A DNA stretch of 64,000 nt, taken from the IMG/VR virus record IMGVR_UViG_3300014208_000004, positions 1 through 64,000 of that record. One strand, given 5' to 3'. This document shows positions 20,647 through 30,140 of the stretch, in pieces (the stretch's first letter is position 1; every line of letters begins with the position of its first letter). The notes beneath the pieces are model-generated. The model was not told where the DNA came from. It searched no databases and saw nothing but the letters and a program-made list of their open reading frames with translations. The stretch comes from a virus. The translations under genes and the position numbers were made by a program.

Positions 20647-22017
20647 ATGTCAGTTGTATTTAATAAAGATACTGGAGGCACTCTTAATACTGGATTAGTA
20701 GCCTATTGGAGACTAAATGACCTAAATGATTCCGTAGGGACTAATCATTTAATTCAGGCAGGAAACAATGGAGTGCCAGCGGGAAATGATGTAACATTTC
20801 ATGCAGGAGGGAAGGGACTAGGATTTGCAAGATTTACAAGAACATCGGCAACTATATTTCAAGCATTAAGGGGAAACGCACCAGCTACAACAAGAGTAAC
20901 AGATTTTACTATTTGCGCATGGGTAAATATTCCAATCACGGAAACCGTTGGATGGATAATACATAACGGCGATGCTACCATTGCGAGTAATTTTGAAAAC
21001 AATGGATGGAGCCTTGGTTACGGAACAGCAGGTTCACCAACCACGTATGGAAAATTAAGAGCAGAAGCAAACGCAGTTAGCACGCCCGCCGAAAATGGTT
21101 TAATCAACTTAGGGACTTGGGTTTTTGTGCTAATGACAGTAACCGCAGGGAATTTATGGACGTTATATATTAACGGCGTATCCGTAGCTTCTGGGGCAGG
21201 AGGTGCAACACGAACACCAACAGCCAATATTGAATTTGGAATTTCTAGTTTATGGCCTGCCCTTTATGGAAGTCAAACTCCATTAAATGGAGATGTACAA
21301 GAATCTGGCGTATGGAATAAAGTTACATCAGCACAAGAAATTAGCGACTTATATAATAGTGGAATAGGTCAAACAAAAGTTACTCTTACCGCAAGCGCAG
21401 GAGCAAACGGAGCAATTTCTACACCGGGAAGCACTATCCTTGCTTATGGAGCAAATCAAACATTTACCATTACTCCAGATTCAGGATATATCGTTTCAAA
21501 TGTATTTGTTGATGGAATATCAGTAGGAGCCGTATCAAGTTATACCTTTACAAACATTATAAGCAATCATACTATTATAGCGACATTTGAAGCATTTGTT
21601 CCAATTATAACGGGCAGCCAAAATGGAAGTCAACTTATAATTTCTTGGGATGCAGTATCAAATGCAAAAAATTATCAACTTGAAAGAAAAACTCCAAGCG
21701 GTGACAATTATGAAGTTATCGCAACTATCTTTGATACAACATATACCGATAATCAAATATTTTCAAACACAACTTATAATTATAGATTAAAATCCATTGC
21801 CTTACCAGGATATACAAATAGTGGTTATTCTTATCTAAATATCAGAACAACAAATTTTGATGGACAACCTCAAGCATCATTGTTACAATCGCAGGAACAA
21901 CCTTTATCAAACAGTGTGAGATTTGGAGATCAACAGGCATTCAACGAATTCTATTTTGGACAACCAGAGGGATCATTCAAAACACTTGAAAAATATTTAC
22001 CGAGATTTATAAAATGA
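20647..22017 (+). CDS. LamG/ConA-like lectin, InlB-B-type repeat and FN3 domain virion protein
   Basis: GLVAYWRLND, FTICAWV and TLYING (LamG); TLTASAGANGAIS...TFTITPDSGY...VDG...NHTIIATF (bacterial repeat); ISWDAVSNAKNYQLER...YNYRLKS (FN3). Confidence 0.8.
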   Translation: MSVVFNKDTGGTLNTGLVAYWRLNDLNDSVGTNHLIQAGNNGVPAGNDVTFHAGGKGLGFARFTRTSATIFQALRGNAPATTRVTDFTICAWVNIPITETVGWIIHNGDATIASNFENNGWSLGYGTAGSPTTYGKLRAEANAVSTPAENGLINLGTWVFVLMTVTAGNLWTLYINGVSVASGAGGATRTPTANIEFGISSLWPALYGSQTPLNGDVQESGVWNKVTSAQEISDLYNSGIGQTKVTLTASAGANGAISTPGSTILAYGANQTFTITPDSGYIVSNVFVDGISVGAVSSYTFTNIISNHTIIATFEAFVPIITGSQNGSQLIISWDAVSNAKNYQLERKTPSGDNYEVIATIFDTTYTDNQIFSNTTYNYRLKSIALPGYTNSGYSYLNIRTTNFDGQPQASLLQSQEQPLSNSVRFGDQQAFNEFYFGQPEGSFKTLEKYLPRFIK

Positions 22018-22589
22018 CAATTCGAGATGCAATATTAGGTGCAATATCCGATACCATTGAAAAACTCAGAGATGGACTTGCAGATTTACTGTTAGCAAAA
22101 CGAGAGGGTAAAGGAGGATTTATATTTAATGATGAACAAAGCGTATTTATTTCTGGAAATGAAACGGGAATAGCACCAGACAGCATTATTACGATTGAAC
22201 AAAATAGTTTAACCATTCAAGCGCACAGAGGAACCAACGCTGGAATATACGATGACATTAAAAGATTATGTCATACGGATAACGTACAATTAACATTACA
22301 CGATCAATTAGAAAGCGGATGGATACTTGGAGTAACAAGTCCAGGATTTGATGAAACAGGAAACTATGCACCAGAACTTTCCCTCACTTATCTTAATCTA
22401 GATAATATGTTGGATATTATTACGGAGAACCAGAGTATCAGAACGGATGACGAAGTGAAAAATATAATTTCAAAATACTTTATTCCATTAAAATTCAATA
22501 AGAGATTTTTCGTTAATCCAATAGACGGCATTGGATACGGAGGAATAGGGGTCACGCCAGCCGGAGGAATTGGAGCAATAACGCCATGA
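22014..22589 (+). CDS. Baseplate wedge (gpI-like) protein or its C-terminal part
   Basis: HRGTNAGIYDDIKRL, GWILG and FIP motifs; ATGA overlap with the previous gene. Confidence 0.5.
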   Translation: MTIRDAILGAISDTIEKLRDGLADLLLAKREGKGGFIFNDEQSVFISGNETGIAPDSIITIEQNSLTIQAHRGTNAGIYDDIKRLCHTDNVQLTLHDQLESGWILGVTSPGFDETGNYAPELSLTYLNLDNMLDIITENQSIRTDDEVKNIISKYFIPLKFNKRFFVNPIDGIGYGGIGVTPAGGIGAITP

Positions 22590-23266
22590 GACAAATAATC
22601 TTGATTTTATTTACAATCTTTTTTGCAACGGCAGAAATGTATTCACAGGCCAATATCCAGTACACGACTAATTTCAATTTCAGGACTATCAAGCGAGGGT
22701 ATACAGGTGACTGGATAGGATCTCAAACTGATACAACAACTAATCAAGGGCTAAACTATAATGCGCTTAGAAGTGAAGGATTGTTTAGCAAAATATTTAC
22801 AGCAAGTTATTCTTTCCAACAGTCATTCAAAGATTCAATGAGAGCCGCCGATAGTGCAAGCGGAGCATTTGTAACAATAACGGGAACCCAAACAAATATT
22901 ACTGGACAAAAAAGATTCTCAAATGTAGCCAATGATTTTTTTGGAGATACGGCATCATTCACAGTTTTGCTTGGAAGCGGATCGGGAATAACTGGAGTAT
23001 TAAAACCATCCGATAGCACATTGCAACGGACATTCAGCAATCTCAGTTATCTTAAAAACGCAGATTCAACATCGCAAAGAAGTTTTTCAGATTTGAAATA
23101 TGCAATCAAATCAAGCGCAAATACATTTTTACTCCTTCAAACACTGGACTCATTAAAAGTTAATGGTACTATATACGGTATAGGATTGTCAACCGACTCT
23201 ACAACAGTTTCTACAGGAGGCTTTTATTACAGAGCAGACGATGGAATTATTAGACGAAAATATTAA
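22586..23266 (+). CDS. Signal-peptide protein in the tail-fibre region
   Basis: MRQIILILFTIFFATAEMYS|Q. Fibre-like segment VTITGTQTNITGQKRF. Eight D-(S/T)-(A/L/M/T) motifs. Confidence 0.65.
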   Translation: MRQIILILFTIFFATAEMYSQANIQYTTNFNFRTIKRGYTGDWIGSQTDTTTNQGLNYNALRSEGLFSKIFTASYSFQQSFKDSMRAADSASGAFVTITGTQTNITGQKRFSNVANDFFGDTASFTVLLGSGSGITGVLKPSDSTLQRTFSNLSYLKNADSTSQRSFSDLKYAIKSSANTFLLLQTLDSLKVNGTIYGIGLSTDSTTVSTGGFYYRADDGIIRRKY

Positions 23267-23278
23267 ATCGGAGCTTTT

Positions 23279-23710
23279 ATGCCAAAGAAAAAATATTTAG
23301 AAAATACAATTAAATTTGAAAGTCTTGGAGAGGCCGTAAATTATCAAGCGGCGATTGTTAAGTTTTTTGATGCACCCCCATACAAATGGTATTTTCGGTT
23401 ACTTCTTACAACAGTTCTAACAGGACTTACAATAGGAATAAGAACTTGCAGCATGCAAGAAAAAGTAAATATAAAAGAAATACTCCCAACAAGTGCTATT
23501 GAATATCCATTCTCACTAATTGCACAATCTAAACAACAAGAGTTGTTTAAGATTGATAAAGATGGGAATATGTTTGGATGGGGAAATTGGATAGGGAGAA
23601 ACGATCAGAATTTCCTTATTTATAAAATTGAAGGTAAAGAAGAAATAATTATTATAGATAAAAGAAAAAATAAAATTCATTTAATGGACACGCCTGAATC
23701 TATTCGATAG
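23279..23710 (+). CDS. Hypothetical membrane-anchored protein
   Basis: One hydrophobic segment (WYFRLLLTTVLTGLTIGI); RBS GGAG. Confidence 0.55.
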   Translation: MPKKKYLENTIKFESLGEAVNYQAAIVKFFDAPPYKWYFRLLLTTVLTGLTIGIRTCSMQEKVNIKEILPTSAIEYPFSLIAQSKQQELFKIDKDGNMFGWGNWIGRNDQNFLIYKIEGKEEIIIIDKRKNKIHLMDTPESIR

Positions 23711-23722
23711 AAAGAAATTATC

Positions 23723-25549
23723 ATGAGCCGTTCACTGTATACCCAAGGACAATTTATAACGCCAAAGAATTTATTTTTTGGCGAAACACTTCTCTATGAT
23801 TCATTCTCGGCACTTTTTGAAAGAATGATATCGCAGTTTGGCATTCTTTTAACAAGACAAGCCGGGGGGACATATAGCAATAACGCATTAGTCAGCGATA
23901 ATGCTGGGACATCAATTGACATTCAAGCATTTGAAGCAATTATAAAAGATGCAGATGGAATTGTCAAACAAGTAAAGGAAACAGGTATTGTAAATATTGA
24001 CATGAGCAACATTCTTACATACCCAAACAATACTTATAACATTCTATTGCAAAAGAAAACCATTTACACAGAAAGCGGAACAATAACATTTACATATGGA
24101 AGCAATCAAGTAGTAGGAGTAGGGACATTCTTTACAAAAAATCTTGATAAGTTTATGAATCTTATCATTGATTCTAGTATAAGTGGAAACAATAATAAAT
24201 ATGCAGTCTTATCAGTAGAAGATGATACCCACCTTACATTGCAACAAATATTTACAGGCACAACAGAAGGATCGTTACAATATGCTGTAGGAGGAAGATT
24301 TCCAGATGCAGCATACGTTCCAGCAACGATTGCTGATTATCGTATCTATCAATATGATTCTTACGAAATAGTTATTACAACCAATGCACCAGCGACAGGA
24401 CAATATCGAATTGCAACAGTAGTTAAAGCCGGGGGAGTGCTTACTACGGTTACAGATAAACGAACAGCAGATGGTAATTATGTAAAATTTTCACCTACAG
24501 ATATTTCAGGAGCACAAATCTCAAGTGGAACGGTTGAAGTAGCACGATTGCCAGTAGCTAACGGAGCGACCAGTGCTGGAATTGTATCAATAACAACGCA
24601 AATATTTTCAGGAGACAAACATTTTCTTGATCTTGTTACAACAGAAGTAGCTGGCGCAGTGGGAACAAGAGTGAGAGGTTTCGGAGTGCATGGCGATGGA
24701 TGGTACCCATTTTTTACAATAGGAGACCCAGTTGCAAACAAGATGTGGGATATAGGATACGATAATTCTTTCAAGTTATATTTTGCAACCAACAACGGCG
24801 CGGTTCAAACCGATCTTGTTATCTTTTCGGCAAGCGATGTTACTATTAAAAAACCGTTACACTTAGGAAGCCCATCGGCTGTAAACGGCGAAATTGTATT
24901 TTATAATGATACTAGTAATTATACAACGACATTATCTACCAGCGTAGCACCAAGCGACTTATCAATTGCGCTACCAGCTATATCGGGAACAATTGCACTT
25001 ATAGGTGCTAGTCAAGATTTTCTAGTAAACGACCTTGTAGCAACATCTGTAACTACAATAACGCTTGTAGCAACAAATTTTAATTTAGTGACGGTAAATG
25101 TAGGAGTTGCTTCAACAAATAATGGTTCGCTAGTAATTTTTAATAATCTCAATGCGTTTAAGACAACAATCGTTTCTTCAACAACTGTTTCCGATAAAGT
25201 AATAACCTTTCCAGATTTAACTGGCAATGTAGTGGTTTCTTTTTCATATTTTGGAGTGCAAGTAGCACGCAACCAATCTTTTCAGGGAACAGATTTATTG
25301 ATTGCGGGAATTGCTGGAAGTCTTACAGATGGCGAATTAGTAATGTATAAAGGTGGAGAAACAGTTCCAACCAACATTAAAACATCAGCAACAGGTTCAA
25401 ATAAAGTAATAACCTTTCCAAACCTGACTGGAACGGTAGTAGTAGCATCGGCAGTGAACGTAGTTTCTCCAACAGCACCTAATAGAACTCTTACTATTGA
25501 TATTGGGGGAACAGCTTATTATATTGCGGCCAAGACAACCAACGATTAA
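23723..25549 (+). CDS. Tail fibre protein
   Basis: GTITFTYGSNQVVGVGTFFT, AGIVSITTQIFSGDKHF and repeated KVITFP(D/N)LTG units. Confidence 0.75.
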   Translation: MSRSLYTQGQFITPKNLFFGETLLYDSFSALFERMISQFGILLTRQAGGTYSNNALVSDNAGTSIDIQAFEAIIKDADGIVKQVKETGIVNIDMSNILTYPNNTYNILLQKKTIYTESGTITFTYGSNQVVGVGTFFTKNLDKFMNLIIDSSISGNNNKYAVLSVEDDTHLTLQQIFTGTTEGSLQYAVGGRFPDAAYVPATIADYRIYQYDSYEIVITTNAPATGQYRIATVVKAGGVLTTVTDKRTADGNYVKFSPTDISGAQISSGTVEVARLPVANGATSAGIVSITTQIFSGDKHFLDLVTTEVAGAVGTRVRGFGVHGDGWYPFFTIGDPVANKMWDIGYDNSFKLYFATNNGAVQTDLVIFSASDVTIKKPLHLGSPSAVNGEIVFYNDTSNYTTTLSTSVAPSDLSIALPAISGTIALIGASQDFLVNDLVATSVTTITLVATNFNLVTVNVGVASTNNGSLVIFNNLNAFKTTIVSSTTVSDKVITFPDLTGNVVVSFSYFGVQVARNQSFQGTDLLIAGIAGSLTDGELVMYKGGETVPTNIKTSATGSNKVITFPNLTGTVVVASAVNVVSPTAPNRTLTIDIGGTAYYIAAKTTND

Positions 25550-25579
25550 TACAAATTCACAAACCATAGGAGCCACATC

Positions 25580-25921
25580 ATGCACACAATCACAGTTCCA
25601 GAGATAAAAACAAAGATAAGAACACTTGCAGAAGATGGAGTACCGATAGATACACCATTTTTTTACGCAACGCTAAAAATGATTCTTAATAAAGCGATGC
25701 AAAACATGAGGGGAACGGACGTAATAGATTTTGCTGAAGATATTTACAAGCCATTAAAACAAGTTTTTGAAACAGAGCCAGCAACTTTTACTATTGACAA
25801 AGATAAACACTTCAATGCAATTAAAAAACTTGTTGAAGAAAATCAACAATGGCACACAAACCAGCCAGGAGAAGATATACCTACATTTATCAATGCATTT
25901 AAAACCGCAGTGAGATCCTAA
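25580..25921 (+). CDS. Hypothetical protein (tail-fibre chaperone position)
   Basis: RBS AGGAG; follows the fibre gene. Confidence 0.5.
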   Translation: MHTITVPEIKTKIRTLAEDGVPIDTPFFYATLKMILNKAMQNMRGTDVIDFAEDIYKPLKQVFETEPATFTIDKDKHFNAIKKLVEENQQWHTNQPGEDIPTFINAFKTAVRS

Positions 25922-26676
25922 TGGAACCAAAACTAAAAGCCACATTTCAAAAATGTTTACTAATTACAGGAGCATTTGAAGGAGCACGATACGGAGGCAG
26001 TGTAGGGAATTTTGATGGAGCCGGGATGTCATTTGGTATCCTGCAGTGGAATTTAGCACAAGGAACATTGCAGCCATTATTTTCAGAGATGTATTCCAGT
26101 GATCCAACCCGATTTGATGAAATAGCAAAAGACAAGTCTGGGGAAATAATGACCATGGCATTAGCGTACGACCGGGAAACGATCCAAAACTTTGTGAATA
26201 AAGTTACCACGGGAAAAGAATTTATTCCATCAAAACCATCCAAGAAATTTTATTCCGGGAAAGTAAATATCCTTCCAGAGTGGAAAGAAGTATTTGCAAA
26301 CCTTGGGAATGGATTCAAAAACATACAGGATGATGCAACAGAACATTATTTTAATGATGCACTCAAAATATGCAAACTCTTTAATCTGAAAACAGAACGA
26401 TCAATAGCATTTGCATTTGACCAGTCAGTGCAGAGAGGCAGAGGGAGCATATCCGATGAGTATCAACAATATAAAGAACAGGCAAAAGAATTCATTACTG
26501 AAAAAGGAGTATTACAATTTATCCTTGACAACGACTTACCAGATTTTTCCGAGCGTTGGAGGGACGATGTTAGAAACCGCCGAGCAACAATTATCAACGG
26601 GACTGGAACGGTTCACGGAACCAGTTACGATTTAACAAAATTCTATGGATTATCAGATGCAATAATACTTACCTAA
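25921..26676 (+). CDS. Endolysin/peptidoglycan hydrolase (lysozyme-like fold)
   Basis: ITGAFEG, GNFDGAGMSFGILQWNLAQGTLQPL, ERSIAFAFDQSVQRG and GTGTVHG motifs. Confidence 0.75.
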   Translation: MEPKLKATFQKCLLITGAFEGARYGGSVGNFDGAGMSFGILQWNLAQGTLQPLFSEMYSSDPTRFDEIAKDKSGEIMTMALAYDRETIQNFVNKVTTGKEFIPSKPSKKFYSGKVNILPEWKEVFANLGNGFKNIQDDATEHYFNDALKICKLFNLKTERSIAFAFDQSVQRGRGSISDEYQQYKEQAKEFITEKGVLQFILDNDLPDFSERWRDDVRNRRATIINGTGTVHGTSYDLTKFYGLSDAIILT

Positions 26677-26705
26677 AATCCCCGAAATTTAATCCCGCCA
26701 CCGCC

Positions 26706-26739
26706 AATATGCGCCCTAACCAAGCGCATATTTTATTTC
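26706..26739 (+). terminator. Terminator closing the virion module
   Basis: AATATGCGC-cctaaccaa-GCGCATATT followed by TTATTT. Confidence 0.65.
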
Positions 26740-26793
26740 TAAAATAGGACTTGACAATAAATAAGATAATTGGCTATATTACTTCCAGACAGA
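26732..26793 (+). promoter_or_regulatory. Repeated sigma70-type promoter cassette, copy 1
   Basis: TTGACA (26751), 18 bp, TATATT (26775); 62 bp identical to 60962-61023. Confidence 0.85.
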
Positions 26794-26828
26794 AGCAATA
26801 TCTAACCACAAATAAACAGGAGAAGGTT

Positions 26829-26993
26829 ATGAGAAAAATACGATACACATTATCGTTTATCTTTGCAGTAACAGCAGTAGGATCAGCATACTTGCTATCT
26901 ATTAACGGACAAGCCGAGAATGCAATGGGGATGGGAATAATATTTGCATTTTTTTCAGTGATTGTAATCCCAGATTCAAAAGTGAAAGTATGA
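26829..26993 (+). CDS. Small two-TM membrane protein
   Basis: RBS AGGAG before ATG 26829; two hydrophobic helices. Confidence 0.6.
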   Translation: MRKIRYTLSFIFAVTAVGSAYLLSINGQAENAMGMGIIFAFFSVIVIPDSKVKV

Positions 26994-27181
26994 AATATTT
27001 GGTAGAATATTATGATGACCAAAGCCGTTTCAGAACAACAGAGATAGATGCAAAAAGTGAAGCACATATTCCTTTTGCATTAAAGAAAGCTGGACGGAAG
27101 ATAAACAAAGTATCCAAGACAGTATTGATAGGGGAAAGCGCATCGAAAACCCAGACAGAATTAACGCTTGCAACTAAGTAA
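26990..27181 (+). CDS. Hypothetical protein
   Basis: ATGA overlap with the previous gene. Confidence 0.55.
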   Translation: MKYLVEYYDDQSRFRTTEIDAKSEAHIPFALKKAGRKINKVSKTVLIGESASKTQTELTLATK

Positions 27182-27232
27182 AAAGTTTTGCAATATAGCC
27201 AAACACAACGACAGTATTTATAGGAAAATAGT

Positions 27233-27520
27233 ATGAAATCCCTCAAGAAAGTGTACGACTACCTTACAAACACAAATATCATTATCACATTTCATCCCAA
27301 AGCAAAAAAACCAGAACCGCCACAACTCGGACGGCAACAATCAAAAATTGAATTCCCATTAGCATTTAGATTGTATGATTTATTAGTACGATTGCAAAAC
27401 TATTGGGAAGTATTTAGAGAAAAACATATCTATACTACAGACCAATCCGTAATTTATAACTGGAAAAAAACTATCCAACAACAGAAGGGAGAATTTGAAA
27501 ACAATGTTAGAGATATTTGA
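27233..27520 (+). CDS. Hypothetical protein
   Basis: ORF with RBS AGGA. Confidence 0.5.
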   Translation: MKSLKKVYDYLTNTNIIITFHPKAKKPEPPQLGRQQSKIEFPLAFRLYDLLVRLQNYWEVFREKHIYTTDQSVIYNWKKTIQQQKGEFENNVRDI

Positions 27521-27677
27521 AAAAGAAATAAAAAAGGTAACCTATAAAAAAATTGAACACGGCAATTATGTTGTCACGGTAACATTTGTCGATGATACAA
27601 CACACACCGAACAGTTTACGGGATCAAAGAGCGCAAAACAATATTTCAAAGAACAAAAATCCAACATACACACATAA
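27495..27677 (+). CDS. Hypothetical protein
   Basis: RBS AAGGGAG before a TTG start. Confidence 0.5.
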   Translation: MKTMLEIFEKEIKKVTYKKIEHGNYVVTVTFVDDTTHTEQFTGSKSAKQYFKEQKSNIHT

Positions 27678-27693
27678 CAGAAGGAGACACACA

Positions 27694-28932
27694 ATGCCAG
27701 AGAACACCAGCGTAGTAGCAAGCCTTACCAGTCAATTCCCGCCCGACAAATACAATTTATTGTATCCGAGCGAAAGTCTTTTGGAAATTTCACCATTGCA
27801 AAAGATCAGTCACGAAATTGTAAGGATCGATCCAAACCCGGCAAACCAAGAAGTATTCAAAATTGGAAGCCTGAAAGTAGGAGCCAATTGGGTAGATAAA
27901 CTTTCACTTGCAAAACCAGCACTGCAAAAAATCAGCCATGCGGCAGGTATCCATCCAGATACCAATCCAAGTCAGACTGGAAAAGTTCAAACCAACGATC
28001 CGAATATTATTACATATCGATGGACGGGAGCACTTCAAAAACCAGACGGTTCATGGTTACTTGCAACCGATACATACACTCTGGACTTGGAAGCCCGAAA
28101 ACAGAAAAAACAATTTGATCTTGAGAACCTTGTCAAGTCTGGGAAAGCAACACGCAAAGAAGGGGACAATGATATTCCGTATGTATTTGGAACACCAGAG
28201 GCCACGGATTACATTTCATTTGAATTACGAAAGTATATGATTGAACTTTCTCAATTCAAAGAGAACCGAGCCGAAACCGGAGCGCAATTGCGAGGAGTAA
28301 GAGCATTGCTAGGGATTAAGCCTTGGTATCTTGCAGCCGAATTGAAAAAACCATTTGTATTGGTAAAAGTTTCATTGAAAATTGAATTTCTACTTTCCAA
28401 TGACAAAGTTAAAGAAGCATTGCTTCTCAATGCAGCACAGGGAGCGACCAGCGTATTTGGTCATGGAGGACGTTTCCTTGAAAGCAAACCACAGTCTCTA
28501 TTGGTAAGCACGCCCGTTGAAATTATTTCAACAACAAAACCAGGAGAGGAAAGCGAGCGAATATTATCCGAAGAAGAAATAAAGAACGCACAAAAAGATG
28601 AAGAAGACCGGATAAAAATTGAAACACAGCAACCAGAACAAATCCAATCACAACAGGAAACAAAAAAAGTAGAACGTTCAGCAGAATCAATTGCGGCCGA
28701 GCAAACGGAATTCATTGCTTCATGGGCAAAGCAACCCACAGAGGAAAGACTTGCCCGGATTAAGACGTTGATTGCAAAGAAAAAATTTGTTCCAAAAGAA
28801 TTTAATGCTCAGGGACAAAAAGTTGCAACGCCAGAACAAATGACACCGGATCAGCAATCTCTATATATATGGAGATTAACCGAACTTCCAGACCCGGTAG
28901 AAGAAACAACTTTTGCAATGCCAATGGAATAA
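27694..28932 (+). CDS. Conserved phage protein, putative single-strand annealing/recombination protein
   Basis: RBS AAGGAG at ATG 27694. YNLLYP, LAKPALQKISHAAGI and AETGAQLRGVRALLGIKPWYLAAELKKPF motifs. Lies upstream of sbcD/sbcC. Confidence 0.45.
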   Translation: MPENTSVVASLTSQFPPDKYNLLYPSESLLEISPLQKISHEIVRIDPNPANQEVFKIGSLKVGANWVDKLSLAKPALQKISHAAGIHPDTNPSQTGKVQTNDPNIITYRWTGALQKPDGSWLLATDTYTLDLEARKQKKQFDLENLVKSGKATRKEGDNDIPYVFGTPEATDYISFELRKYMIELSQFKENRAETGAQLRGVRALLGIKPWYLAAELKKPFVLVKVSLKIEFLLSNDKVKEALLLNAAQGATSVFGHGGRFLESKPQSLLVSTPVEIISTTKPGEESERILSEEEIKNAQKDEEDRIKIETQQPEQIQSQQETKKVERSAESIAAEQTEFIASWAKQPTEERLARIKTLIAKKKFVPKEFNAQGQKVATPEQMTPDQQSLYIWRLTELPDPVEETTFAMPME

Positions 28933-28963
28933 TAACTTCACAATCACTAACAAAAGGAACGAC

Positions 28964-29257
28964 ATGATGAAAAGAATAGCAGTAGCTTTAGTTATCGCAT
29001 TATCTTTGTTATTTGCGGGAGATAAAGATAAGGACAAAAAAGAAAAACCCGCACAGGTATGGATCAAAAAGGCAGACAAGAAAAAGGAATTTGAATCACA
29101 GGCAAAAGAAGTCCAAGCAAAAAAACAAGAGGCACTTGATTTCGTAAAAAAAATGGACGATGCTATGTTAATCTTGCAGGGGAAATATTCTGTATATGAT
29201 GACCCATTAATGCCAGATTCTATTCCAGCAAAACCCGATACTACAATAAAAAAATAA
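28964..29257 (+). CDS. Small secreted coiled-coil protein
   Basis: Signal peptide MMKRIAVALVIALSLLFA; C-terminal DSI and DTT motifs. Confidence 0.6.
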   Translation: MMKRIAVALVIALSLLFAGDKDKDKKEKPAQVWIKKADKKKEFESQAKEVQAKKQEALDFVKKMDDAMLILQGKYSVYDDPLMPDSIPAKPDTTIKK

Positions 29258-29259
29258 AT

Positions 29260-29726
29260 TCCGGGATTGCACCCGGCCAGATCGAAAGACCCGCAATAAT
29301 ACGGGGATGTTCGAAGGGACACTCAAATACCCTTTCAACATCAAAATATCTAAAGAAATCGCTTACAGCCCAGAAAGGAGAGTAACAGCAGGTACGCATC
29401 ACGGGTAAAGTCAAAACGGCTAATAGATAAGACTTGCTATCTTATCCAATGTTACTGCGAGTGTAACAGGCTTATCCAAATAGATGCAATGGTTCAAATA
29501 TAAAATCTTAGTCAGTGCGACTTTAAGAAAGTAATAAGCGAATCAACGAGGAGAACCGAAGGTAACGGACAACTCCAAACCTAAACTAAACTATTACAAA
29601 GAATAAAAGAAGATCGGTAACTGAAGAATTCGTATTAGCACTATTAATTCAAACTTGCGTATTATGTGAATGATTAACGGTAAAAAAATAAAGGGGAGTG
29701 TTTGCCGTGCTCCCCACGCAAGGTTT
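29260..29726 (+). ncRNA. Large structured ncRNA candidate, ROOL-like
   Basis: ~470 nt gap with no long + strand ORF and many local and long-range helices; ends 3 nt before a tRNA. Confidence 0.6.
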
Positions 29727-29729
29727 AAT

Positions 29730-29800
29730 AGTCACATAGCACAACGGTAATGCAATCCCCTTTGGAGGGATTTATTCAGGTTCGATTCCTGATGTGACTG
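29730..29800 (+). tRNA. tRNA-Gln(UUG), CCA not encoded
   Basis: Acceptor AGTCACA/TGTGACT; anticodon arm ATCCC-CTTTGGA-GGGAT; T arm TCAGG-TTCGATT-CCTGA. Confidence 0.92.
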
Positions 29801-29833
29801 CAAATCCACACACAGAAAACAGGAGAAAACACA

Positions 29834-30100
29834 ATGCTAACCATCCACAAATACCCGATTATAATTCAAGACTGCCAACAACTTCACTTACCAGATAAAT
29901 CAAAAGTTTTAACAGTTCAAATGCAAAACGGAAATCCATTCATTTGGATACTTTGCGATCCAGAGCAACCGACCAAGCCAAGAACATTTTTAATTTACGG
30001 CACAGGACATCCGATACATCACATTGCAGATAAGCATTACATCGGAACATTTCAAACAATGGATGGAAATTCAAATCATCTTTTTGAAGAAATTATTTGA
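29834..30100 (+). CDS. Conserved small phage protein (IHKYP...VLTVQMQ...YGTGHP family)
   Basis: Recognisable phage motif; RBS AGGAG. Confidence 0.7.
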   Translation: MLTIHKYPIIIQDCQQLHLPDKSKVLTVQMQNGNPFIWILCDPEQPTKPRTFLIYGTGHPIHHIADKHYIGTFQTMDGNSNHLFEEII

Positions 30101-30140
30101 CAATGTATAATATTTTATTCATTTTACATCCGTAAACAAT

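Noticed and set aside
19892-25549. Diversity-generating retroelement acting on fibre genes
   Set aside because: No reverse transcriptase and no template/variable repeat pair differing at adenines was seen in the window.
29260-29726. CRISPR array, tmRNA or group I intron in the large intergenic gap
   Set aside because: There are no regularly spaced direct repeats, no tRNA-like ends with a tag ORF, and no interrupted gene around it.
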